A stretch of DNA of 64,000 nucleotides from Blasia pusilla (lineage: Eukaryota): NCBI GenBank assembly GCA_050084515.1, contig CM114271.1, positions 30,442,001-30,506,000 on the forward strand, read 5' to 3'. Under the pieces are notes generated by a model that ran no database searches, was not told the origin of the DNA, and saw only the letters and a list, made by a program, of their open reading frames with translations. The number at the start of each line of letters is the position of its first letter. The first letter of the stretch is position 1. A program made the translations under genes and the position numbers. Positions 10,640 through 22,170 of the stretch are shown piece by piece.

Positions 10640-13389
10640 ATGTTGCGACTGTTACCGATCAAGGGAGGAAACTGCTCACTGGAATGAGGGATTGGGTTCG
10701 CGGAGAGGTCTGCGGGCGGGATTTATCTTGCGAGGGATGGCGCGGAGTTCCACCTGGAGTTTGTTGAGGACGTAATCGAAGATCTAGCTCTTAAGGTTTG
10801 GCAGACCTGTTGCCCGGGAGCTGCGATGGGGGAATCGATGAATGAGATGATGAATGAGGTTAAGAAGGCGGTGGAGGACAATATGATGCCCGTTCAACGT
10901 TTCATTTACTTCACATTGCAGGTATGTCTATCACGTGAAGAATTATGCGATTGGAAGTTTTATGATGACTCGCTGTGGAATTATGCTGTGACATCATCAT
11001 TCAAAATAGATTGGTTAGATGCCCACTTGATGGTTGTCTGCGCCTTACATGCTATTCTAAGGCGATACGTACCAGTAAGTGAAGTGAAATTGCAGAGTTT
11101 CAGACCTGAACGTGCAAATGTCATGGTTTGTTGTGATCACAGAAGTCTTTCTACGAATGTGGAGTGAACTGCTTCAACAATAGCAAGGCCACTCAGTCTG
11201 AGATTCAGAATTGCTTAAACAAATGTCAAGTCCCTTTGCAACGAGCGCAAGCAGTGGTCGACAACGAATTAACGAGGTTTCAGGTAAAAATTGTTTGCAT
11301 CGAGTATCCCAGAACTTGATAGATTTGAGTCATTCTTCATCGTTGGAAGAGTTCAATCTGAAGCCAGCAATCATACAATGTGCTACTGAGGTGGTCTCCT
11401 GCCTCCTTCGAGGGTTGACCGGAAGTCTTTTTATGAGCCACCTGGGCATGGAGACGTTTTTCTTCCGACGCGTTAAGCAATTATGGTTTAGAAGGCTTCC
11501 TTCGCATCAACATGATGACGCTCAGCACATTCGAAATTAGCATTACTCTGTAGGAATTAGCGCTAGTTTGAAATGGAATGTTGTTTCAAATATTTCTGAG
11601 GACTCTCACCGTACCATGTCAGCATTTCCAATTCATGGATGGATGTACCTCTTCTCCTCTGTTCACATAAATTTCTGGTACCTCTTCTCCAGGAGCGTTT
11701 AGAACGTAGCTTCCTGACATGTCGTGACAAAATAGAGGCATATGGTGGATCGATTGAAGAAGATGACAAAAAGGTGAAACAGATGGAGAAGTGTATGGAG
11801 GTGTCTTTGCGGGAACACATGAAGACACTGCCTCGTCTTGCAAATAACATTCAAGGGAAGATTTCAACATGATTTCCAGAATGGAGTGGGGCGACTTTTG
11901 TTAGCGTCGAGTCTCACAATTTCCGACTAGATGAAATATTTTGCCAACAATCAAATTGCAAGAAATGGGAGTCTGTGATCTTCTCAGTTGAGCCACACAT
12001 GGTAAGGGCTTTGGATATGCGGGAAAAGAATTAATAATACTGAGCTTATACACTGCCGACTCCTGCCTGTCACTCATTTTTAAGTACGGATTCCGAGTGG
12101 TCCGTAATCAGTACGTCTACTTCTTTGGGCCTTTTGGTGTCACTGTAGTTGTTGACATGTTCTAGCCCTTCCTCCAGACACTCACTTGTCCTATCTCCAG
12201 TCATTTCTCTGCCCTATCTCCAGGTACTGCGGGAGCATGTTCATGAAGCAACGGAAGTCTCTCCCTGCACCTTCCTCTACCGCAAATTACCTGGTGGAAT
12301 GGAGCGAAGACAAACATGTTTCTATGGCACAACAATTGGTTGGGATCTTGAAAGCGGGACTAGTGATATGTCTATGGCCTTTGGGTACAAGAAGCTCTAT
12401 ATGGACCAAGGGTCAAAATTAGTAAGGCTTATCTTGAGGCATAGAAAGTTGTTGAGTTGCTGCTCACTTTCAAGTAGGCAGCAAGACGAGGTTTACCAAG
12501 TGAATGAGTATTTGTTCAAGATTGAGATGTTGGGTAAACCTGCCCAGTCAAAAATTAATGAAATTGGGAGAATTTTCTGGTCTTCTGGTATTGATACCAT
12601 TGTTTAGCTCATGCAGTTAGTTATCTATATTCTGTGTGTGTAGGTGGTTGGTGCAGTGAAAATCTCAGACAGCGTCTCATGAACACATTAACAGTGACCC
12701 TTTTGAAACACTTGTAGCGGGGGAACATACATGTTACTAGCAAGGCGCATCTGCCCTTCCTTCTTCATAGGAGTCCAGAGCAGCAACTGTCTTTTATGTG
12801 TGTATTTCAAACTTTTGTACTTTGGTCCACTAGACAATGTGATCTTCTTGGTGGGAAGGAATGAGCCCGTACCTTTCATTCCAGGATGCTATGCAGCGAA
12901 GGCACACTCGAAGGGCAGTCGATTACCTGAGGCACGTGGACCTGTTACAGTTGGGGGGATCTGGGAATCATTTATGCTGAAGATCATAGTTATTGGACTA
13001 TCATTCTCGATGGTTGTGCCAGTGTACAGTACTCTGATTGCATTTAGAATATTTTCATGCAGGTCTATCATCTATCCCACTTTCTGCTCTAATTTTAGTG
13101 TTTAGTACGAGTGTAAGAATGACGTGTGTTATGTGACAATTAAAGGGGAATTACCAACAATTTTGTCTAAATCAAGGTGTGCATGAAATCGATGTGGAAT
13201 CACCGAAAGGGCTACCAAATTTTTCCTGTGGGATTGCAGGAAATCGCTCAGAAGATAGATGGGAACACTTTCTGTGGAATATTGTCTTTGAATAAGAGCA
13301 CTGTGGTACTACCTCCTGAGGTTCTTGGGGTACAACTTAATGGCAAACAGCTGCCACATTGCACAAATCTGGCAAGGTATAGGAAGTGA
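10640..13389 (+). pseudogene. Degenerate multi-exon gene of unknown function
   Basis: Coding-like segments are bounded by plausible splice sites (CAG|gtatg at 10921, ctccag|GAG ~11693, ATG|gtaag at 12001, ctccag|GTA ~12224) but contain in-frame stops. No domain was recognised. Confidence 0.35.
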
Positions 13390-13658
13390 GGTTCTCAAGA
13401 CCATCTCAAATGAATACAATGCGCTGCTGTTATGGAAAGATAACCCTCGGAGATCCAAGATGGGGACCATATCACAAGACTGAATGAAATGAATAAGGTG
13501 ACCTGTTCTGGTAAGATACCGTCGCTAAGTCGTCTTCGGCTATCGCATTCTTTCGTCTGGAACGGAGGGAAAGAATAAAGGAGAATCTTGATTCTGACGT
13601 GACTAGTATGATCGAACGTATTAACGTCTGGTAAGTAAGGGGTTTTAACATTGGGAAA

Positions 13659-15699
13659 CCTTCAAACTCATGGCCATACATACCGCGATGAAATTTGCCT
13701 TGGCCAGGCATGGGCATGGGTAGCCTAAAGTTACTATTTATCAATCTACTTTCATTCTCTTCAAACTTTGTTATGTTGGTCAACTTTCTAAACAAAAAAT
13801 TTTCGGCACTAAAACGTTAAATACTTTCCCAAACAGCAAGGAGAAAGCATTCAAAACCAATTCACCGAAAGAAGAATGACCTAATTGGTAAGAAAATCAT
13901 GATTCGCGCTGGAGCATCGAGATCATAATTGGAAGTGAGAATTATAAGGTTTACTCCAATCTCTTGAAACATATCATTTTATCCTAATTAATTTTTTTAT
14001 AGTGATAAGTTTTTTCAATTTCTTGCTTTAGAAAATTTTGGTTCATTTTCTCCTTTCATTGAGTCTTCAAATAAATACATATTATTGGAGAGTGTCTTTT
14101 AGTTTTGCAAACACTTCTCTTTTTGACACTTTTAGTCAATAAGATCGTTCAAAATTAATTTAAAATTGTATTTGAGAATTTTACAAATTAATTATGGGAG
14201 ATAATTTGAACCTGTTCGTCACATGGGCTTACATTAGTACACTAGTTTGCAACTTCAAAACCTACAATCAGAATCGCAACACACAATGCACAACCATTGG
14301 TGTATACAATTCACAATTCTAACAGCCGACACGCCACCAAACGTCTCCGAGTTTGGCTCAGGCTCACTTACCTCTCAATTCTTCGATCCTATGCTCAACG
14401 TGGGCTCACTTCTCTCCTTTGGAAGAACCAAGACAACTGATCATAGCTCTATGCCAACGGATCAAGATTGGATAGCGCTTCCGCATGTCTCGCCGAAACG
14501 ACCATACTAGGACCTCATAACTCTCTCACTCTTAGCACAATTCAACCTGGCTAACCTGAAAACGAGCTCACTCTCATCCAAAAAACAGACCCTTAAGCGG
14601 CAATTTGTCTCACTCTCTCCCTCGGTCCCTAATCTTGCTCACGAACAATGTTCACCCCCACTAAAATCACCATTTCCGTTTTCTACTCTTCCGTAGTCTT
14701 GATCTTATTGACCCCCTTGGCTTGTCTACCAAATCCTGAACGTTCTACTCAATTTCTCACTGTGTTCAAACACTCAAAAAAAGGCGTATGCTTTGAAGCT
14801 TTCCAAGGACACTAGCCTTGTCCAAAGTGCTTCGTGTTTATTGCCCCATTTGGGCTTTGTAGTGACCTTGATACATGCTCAACTCCAAGAGTGCTACGCA
14901 GCATTTCGGCTCTTCACGCTCTGAGACCCCCACATACTCCCTGTACTTCACTCGCGTCGGTGTTTGGGTACGACTAGTACCAGCTGCGCTTCGCGTGTCT
15001 GACCTCATGTTCCACGTGGCATCTTGGCGCCCGCAAATCTTGTGTGCCCCATAGCCTAACTCCTACTTGGACTCAGATTAGATTGCGGCCGCCCGGGTGT
15101 TGGTTTTGGCGGCTGGGCTAGTTAGCGTCTTGGTAACTTGTTTTGCCTTTGCTAACCCAAGTTAGCGGAGATTCATGTCTCATCCGCACATGGACTCTTG
15201 GACCCAAGGTCTGAGACCACGGTTCTCCATGCCTCATCTCTTAAACCTGATTTGGTCGAACCTAAACCTAGACCTTGGCTTCTGTCTTATCATGACGGGC
15301 GATTCCTAGTGGTGTCATCGTGGCCCATTTCAACAAAAACAAGGGTCAGCGGCGTTACCTAGCAGCGGTGTGTTTGGGTCTTCTCAACTTTAATTTTTTC
15401 ACAGAAAACTCTGATTTCCATGCTACATCACTACAGTTGAAATACTAACTAACCCTTTGAAATTGTGTGAACATTTCAGGTCATTCGTTTTAAAAAAAAT
15501 GGTTTTCAATGCTATCTCCTTGCTTTTAGGGGGAAGTGTTTTATGTTTTAGTGCCAGGAAATTTTAATTTGGAAAGTTGACAACATAATAGAGGTTGAAG
15601 AAAATGAAAATAAATTGATAAATAGTAGATTTAGGCTACCCATGCCCATGTATGGCCCGAGAAATTTTCATCCTATATATATGGCCATGAGTTTGTAGG
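13659..15699. mobile_element. Non-autonomous long-TIR (MULE/foldback-like) element
   Basis: 13659-13882 and 15478-15699 are diverged inverted copies (shared core catgggcatgggtagcctaaa..tactatttatcaat). No ORF or TSD was found. Confidence 0.6.
14064..14245 (+). mobile_element. Short non-autonomous Helitron-like repeat
   Basis: Shares atattattggagagtg...ttaattatggga with 52621-52790. It ends in a degenerate hairpin (cctgttcgtcacatggg) followed by (c/t)tagt. Confidence 0.45.
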
Positions 15700-15711
15700 C
15701 CATGTATACCC

Positions 15712-15722
15712 GATAGATAGAT

Positions 15723-15758
<36 letters not shown>

Positions 15759-15770
15759 AGAGAGAGAGAT
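15712..15770. repeat. Compound microsatellite (GATA)n(TA)n(GA)n
   Basis: Read directly from the sequence. Confidence 0.9.
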
Positions 15771-16729
15771 CTCAAGTAGCTTCCAATTCTAATTCAAGGT
15801 TTATGGAGATTAGGGGTTATGAGTAAAGCTTAAAATTTCATTTCATTCTAGAGTTTATGAGAAAAAAATTAAACTACCCGAAAATCAGGTCAAAATTCTA
15901 GTTAGAAAAGTAAAATTAAGGCATTTTTCTTGAAAAAAAAATAGAAACGTATAATTTTCCGAGAAAAACGTCAAGAACATAGCTCTAATCCTTGCTCTAA
16001 CCCAAATTTCTAAGTTTCACTCATTTTCTCTCTCTATCTATATTATTACCGTCACATGGGTTCCCTATTAGTAGAGAGTTTGCCCATTTCACTTGGGCAA
16101 AAAGAAAAAAATTTACTAGCATATAATTGGGCATTGTAACTATTAATTGGAATCCAACTATTATACTTAGTCTAGTGTAATCTAATTATTATACTAGTGC
16201 AAAGCACATGTTTGGAACAATAAGTTTAAACATGTGATTTAAAATTCTTTGTTTGCTCATTCAATCCCCAATGAAACTTTGTCATATGATTTTTTAATTT
16301 GTTTCATATTTTCTACAAAATTTTTGAATGTTTTACTGCTTATTTACTAGTTCTCTATTTTTTTTCCACAATTCTTGATTTCCCCGTTGAAAATTTTCCT
16401 AAACTTTCAGTTTCCTGTCATAAATTGCTAAACTTTGTTTTGTGGCTTCACAACAACTAGCCTAAGACTTAAGAAAAATTTTCATATATTTAATTTTATT
16501 AATTTGGGAAAAAATAATGTTTCCCTCTTACAATCCCCATCCTTCAATAAGTAAAAGAAAATAAGTTATTTTGATGATTTTTTTCCCAAAAGAGGGATTA
16601 AAACTTTCTAGCTTGAAAATTAAAAATAATCTAGAAAAAAAATGTCTTCCATTATTTTGAAGAATAATTCGTATTCCATTAGTGTCCTATTATCCTTTTC
16701 ATTTTTTCCCAAAAGGAAAATTAAGTGGG

Positions 16730-17560
16730 CCTCTAGCTCAGGCGTCTCCCATGCTGAGCCGCATAAAGCCCATTAGCCTGGGGTATTTGCAACGCTATGG
16801 AGACCAGCGCCTACAATAGAGAATCGAAGTAGCTAAGGACAACCCATTTCTCGATTGGAGATGATGGCCGCAGTCCGTAAGGAACGAGTCAAACCTCTCC
16901 CCCATAGCCCCGTACATCTCTATGGCCAGGGGGATGAAGATGTGTCCCTCGTGAAGTCGATTGTAGATATGTGTCTTCTTCACCGCCGCCGCCGCCGCTC
17001 CTTGTAGCATTCGCCCTTGGGCCACCACTTGGGCTCGCAGTGCCTCCCGCGTAGGATATATAACTACCACGACCTCCACCACCACCTCAGCCTCTCGTGT
17101 CATGTAAAGATCAGCTCGAATAAGGGAATCCCGCATGGAGTAGTGCCTCTCTCTCTGCACATGGAAGCCACTCTCCCGAGCAATCCTGAACATGATATCC
17201 CGCACTGCATAGTGAGTGGCTATCCTCTCACCCCCAACTGGACAGCGTGCCAAATGCACACCAAGTGGATCCACGCTCCGGCGACATTCACAGTGTGTCG
17301 AACCAACCACCGATGGTTGGGGGAGGCCCAAGCATTAGGAAAGGGAAGACTCTGGCTCTCGACGCAGTACTGGAAGAGGCGGTTCTCCTGGTGCACATAG
17401 AGCAGCAGACTCCTGGAATCCTTGGATAGAAGGCCAAAACTGCGTCAGCTCCTGAGAGGGAGCGGAACATCTTTGTCGCACGACAAGGATAGTCTAACAT
17501 CAGATACAGGTAAGTGGAGAAAGCAACAATCTCGTCCCAACAGATCACGCCCGAGGACAC
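16730..17560 (-). mobile_element. 3' fragment of a CRE-like (RLE) non-LTR retrotransposon
   Basis: CECRRSVDPLGVHLARC..GGER...H zinc knuckle, followed by the restriction-like endonuclease signature RADL...AAAAAVKK..Y...FIPLAIEMYG. Homologous to 59163-59842. Confidence 0.8.
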
Positions 17561-18455
17561 CGGCTGGTTCCATCGCCAAAACGGAGGGCTTTCTAGTGAG
17601 TGTAGTAGTTCTACGCACCGTCCGTGTAGCGGAAATCTCGAGCGCCTTGTCCACTCCATTTCTTGAGCTCCCGGGTCACACTGAAAGTTTGGAAGCGTGC
17701 AGGTGCGGGCCACGAGGCCGGGAGATCGAGCTCGTTAATTCTGCTTTCGTACATTCGTGTGAGGGTGAAGGATATAGTAGTTCTTGCGGTGGGGTTGACG
17801 GACGGCTCGCCAAACTCATCTGTGCCCCGTGTGAGGTCTCTTAGCTTCCGAGTAAGCCTGGGAGAGTCTCTATCACGGACGCTTTACTGGAAATGCGACT
17901 CGTGGTCTTCGTCGACATCGGTCGGAAATAACCTGGGAACGATCTGCTTTTTGCGTCGTCATCTGATGGAGAGGATGGTCACATGGAATGGGAATTGAGA
18001 GGACCCTCCAATCTCAATTGATCTCCGTGCAGCAATTGCGAGCCCGTGTCGACTGGACTTGCTTAGGTTGACTTTTCGTCATTGATTGGGGCGAGCGGTG
18101 GTCGCTCAAACATGTTTAGGTTGGATTGCCCCTGTTACGTGGGAGCCTGAAGATGCGAACATCTGCTGGGAATCACCGAAAGGCTTGCGGAAGGCGATCT
18201 GTGAGAGCGAGTTCAGAAATTCATTATGTTCCAACAGAAAATTATCTGTGAGGGCGAGATCAGAAATTCATTAGGTTCCAACAGAAAATTGCGCCCAGCG
18301 TTTTGCTAAAATCATGAGGAGCTGCCGGTGTTCCAGCGTAGGCGAACAACAGACACGGCCGCGAAAAAGCCTGGAGATGGGGTATTTGGTGGAATTGCCC
18401 GATCGATTGCGAGCGATTTGACTGTTTTTCTCTTACACCGCCCAGATGTACCTGA

Positions 18456-19187
18456 ATGGAGTTTTTCATGGAAGATCTGAGAAAAAGTGCCCAAAGTTGG
18501 TCGGGGTTCGTGCCCAGTTCGTTCAGGAGGGTTCAATGTGAGCTGGCTGCGGCCTCCGAAAGGCTGCTACATCCATGGCTTCGCATCCCTTTGCTGGCGA
18601 TGGTGGATGCCACATACTGTGCTCTGTTCGGAACGGCAGGACTGGCAATCTGTTTGATGGGTTGTATGTTCGTGTTCCTTTTGGGTATGGTAATGTTGGC
18701 TCCTCCTCTGACTGTTCTCTACTGGCTGCGTCCCCTTTTCCCTCCTTACTCATCGTCGTCTCCCCATGTTCAATACCTTGCTGCGCTCGTCGCGTTGGGC
18801 AGTCTCACGCTCTTCTGCATGCTGTCCTACATGGACGAGCGTGTGAAGGAGGATCCGCGCTCCAATGTGTTGGATTTCTGGACTAGTTTTGTGAAGCCTC
18901 TCCCTATGCTTCTACAAGTCGTGTGCGTCTATGGGTTTATTTCTCTTTTCACCGCCTGTTGTGCCGTATTCACTTTCGATGTGAGCCTGGGATTCTATTG
19001 GAGTTTCTACGCGATACTGAACTTCCTCTACTTCTCTTACCGTCTCATTGTCAACATCCCCTGGTACGGTCTATTGCTGGCGACTCTGCTTGTCCCAGTT
19101 CTCGTTATAAGCTTGTTTCGTTGGATAAAGCTTCCCAAGAGCGAAGAGGATGAGAGGCAATTGGTGCGAAGGGGTCTGCCGGTGTGA
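18456..19187 (+). CDS. Intronless multi-pass membrane protein (243 aa), family unknown
   Basis: Uninterrupted ATG-to-stop ORF in non-TE, CG-retaining DNA, with about 5-6 long hydrophobic segments and a charged C-tail. Confidence 0.6.
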   Translation: MEFFMEDLRKSAQSWSGFVPSSFRRVQCELAAASERLLHPWLRIPLLAMVDATYCALFGTAGLAICLMGCMFVFLLGMVMLAPPLTVLYWLRPLFPPYSSSSPHVQYLAALVALGSLTLFCMLSYMDERVKEDPRSNVLDFWTSFVKPLPMLLQVVCVYGFISLFTACCAVFTFDVSLGFYWSFYAILNFLYFSYRLIVNIPWYGLLLATLLVPVLVISLFRWIKLPKSEEDERQLVRRGLPV

Positions 19188-20204
19188 GGTTCTTCTCTGC
19201 AGGGTGCTGCCACCACTCTAATGTATATACCATTTATTTTATAAGAAGGTTTTGCTCACTGGTAATTTTGTCCAACTCTGTGGGATCCCGCACGATGATT
19301 TGGACAACAACGTGTGCTTTGTGATGTGCAGTGGCTTTGTCGAGTCCATCTACTCGTTTTATAGTTGTTGCCGTCTCAGTGATGAAGACTTGTGTATGTT
19401 TTGAGTAGAACTCCAGCGTTTGTGTAGAATCGAGGGCTTGGGAAGCCTGTCCATGGCTTTTGGAATGACGCGAACGCCTGCTGTATTTGGGTGGGTGAGG
19501 CTGATCATTCTTTCGGATCATGATTTTTAATTACCCTGACTCGGAGGTAAGTTTCCGTTCAAGCAATCCAGTAATTGTTCATCTGGGACTGGAAAATGCG
19601 GGGACTCACCTCCGCAGTAAGATCTCTCGGAGCCGAGGCTTCAATCGCTCCAACACTATGTATTTGATTCCACACCTTGCATATGCGCTTTTGCAATTAG
19701 GGGGCCTACATTCAGTATCAGGCTTCCGAGGCTGATCACCAGAGTTGCGATATCCTTACAGTGTTTATTGGAAGCTGCGAATCCATGTCCATATGACAAA
19801 CAATGCTCCAGCCTCGACATTTTGTCCACACCAGTGATGTCCAACTCCGATTCCCTTTCTACTATAGTGTACGGTTGCAAAACTCCATCAGTACTTACAG
19901 GGCAGTGATGAGAATCGAGTTTCTGTCAACTCAAGTCCACGAGTCATTTGGCCTTCCCAGTGCAAGGCTATCGCTGGTGTTTGGTGCCCAGGCCCAGCAG
20001 CAGCCATTCATGGATCAGCCTTATGGTGAAAATTCTTTCAGAGAAGTGTGTACCACATGTTGCTGCTCAGTAGGTCAGTAAATTTCCCTCGGTTGAAGCA
20101 ACTAGTGTGCATGCACAGACGTTACGTTTCTGCATTTGAAGAATATGCGACAACCGCTGCGGAATGGACACCGTTGGTCTAGCACACATTCGCACCGTAC
20201 TTAC

Positions 20205-20501
20205 AGGTAGCACTGACCAAGATGTCCATTTTTTACAGCTCTGATCGAAAGCCTCCCCAAAATTGGTCTCCTTTTCTTCACTCTTCCGATTGAAAGCTTC
20301 ACCGAAAATGCTCTCCATTTCCTCTCTCCTTTGGATCGAGGGACTCTTACTGAAGTGGTCTTCATGGTATACCGGTATCCGATCGCAAAGCTCCTCCCAC
20401 AATGTTCTCCGATTATCCACGTTTCCCGATCTACCGAATATGCTGTCCGTATCTTCTTCACGTCCGATTCTGAGGCTCACGCCGTGCTCTCTCATGCGCA
20501 T
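20205..20501 (-). CDS. Possible first exon of a small gene with three EExxxxFG repeats
   Basis: EEDTDSIFGRS / EEMESIFGEAF / EEKETNFGEAF, followed by a strong donor CCT|gtaagt at 20204. A candidate short last exon (QHVVHTSLKEFSP*) lies near 20020-20061. Confidence 0.3.
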
Positions 20502-22099
20502 TATTAGGGCGTCTCATGGACGCCTAAATCCCCGTCTTCTTACGGCCGGCTGTCCAAGACCACTGGTTACCGAATATGTCCGGATTGAACTTCCTCATAC
20601 ATAAATGGACGTAGCCCCTATTTTATGGCCAAGGGCTTGAATAAAAAAATTGACAGCCTGCAAAAGAGATGCCCTATTCTTTGGCCAAAGAATGGCCATC
20701 GATGATATCATTTCCCTCTAGTCCATAATGTATTGGTATGGTTGTAGTCACAATTGCTAACTTATCATGCGGCCGGACAACCTTAGAACTCTACACATCC
20801 TCCAAACATTGATCTCTATCATATGTGAAGATTGAAACTTATAATAAGAATACATAAAATGTCTCTCCAAACGTTGGAACATACTCTTTCATATTATAAA
20901 AGGGTTAAAATGTGTTGACCTTTTATTTATTGGAAATCATACCACACATTAAAATTATGGATGCAATTATCCAAATTGATGGTGCCTAGCCAAAAAGCAT
21001 ATTGTATGCCTCGTGGACACATGTCATCCATGTCTCTCTCCACACAACACTCTTGAAATCTTTAATCTTGTCACCATACTCATTATCAAATGATGATAAT
21101 GCAATCCCAGATGGGAGCTTAGGGTTGTATCCCTCTTTAATATTTCTCATGTAAAATCAAATTAAAAATTCTGTACACACCCAACTACACTCTCAAAACT
21201 TCACAAACATAATCCTTAAGCCAAATCCATCATCTATCGTGAGGGGAATCTGGTCTCTAACACTCTACTTCCAATCGAACTCTAGAAAAGGAAGTGTCAC
21301 AAAGGCTTAACATGAGCAATGTGTCTCTTGAATGCCATCTTTTCTATTCATAGACATTGTGGAAGAACCAAAGAGCCCTCCCTCACATATAGTCCAAATT
21401 GGAAACCTATGCTCCTAGGTTATCATATGACCTTGTACATCATATCCTTATTTTTTTAGCCTATCAAAAAATTAGGATCTACTTATATTAACGTAAAAAA
21501 AGAAAAAGATGCCATCCCACGGTCTGGAGTTATATTTGATTATTTTATTATTACGAAGAAAATTTATTGTAAAAATTCATATACCATTTATGAAATTTTT
21601 GCAATGCATTTGGTTCCACATAATAATGTTGATTCTCACAATCTTGGCTATACCATTGTCAATGAATGTATCATCATTGTCAATATTGTTGTGCATATCC
21701 TTGGATATGAACAACATCAATATCTAAAATTTAGCTACAACTTGTACATCTGATTTTCTTCACACATTTTGTAGGGGTTGACTAAACATAATAACAATCT
21801 AAATTCAATCTCATTTCTCATACTATGATTTATTTTCATCAAATGTTAGATCTCCACAAATGCAAAAATACTTAGTAAAAGGATTTTGGCATCTACGACA
21901 CTCAGAATCTGTAGCATACGTGGCTATCTAAAGATTAAAGATAAATTTTTTTTGACTCTTTATACTTCTTATTTGGAATGTAAAGAATATATCTGTACGA
22001 TCGAATATCTCCACGAATGAGAGATCAAACTTCTTCCATGTCTTAAATACTTTTCTTTCAAGAAATATATATACCCTTGTCTTTTTAGACATTATCAAG

Positions 22100-22170
22100 T
22101 GGTCATTTGAAGGATACAAAATACTCACCACAATAGCGGTGGTGAGTATTTTATATCCTTCAAATAACCA
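22100..22170. repeat. Near-perfect hairpin (32-bp arms, 2 mismatches, 7-nt loop)
   Basis: tggtcatttgaaggatacaaaatactcaccac-aatagcg-gtggtgagtattttatatccttcaaataacca. Confidence 0.9.
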
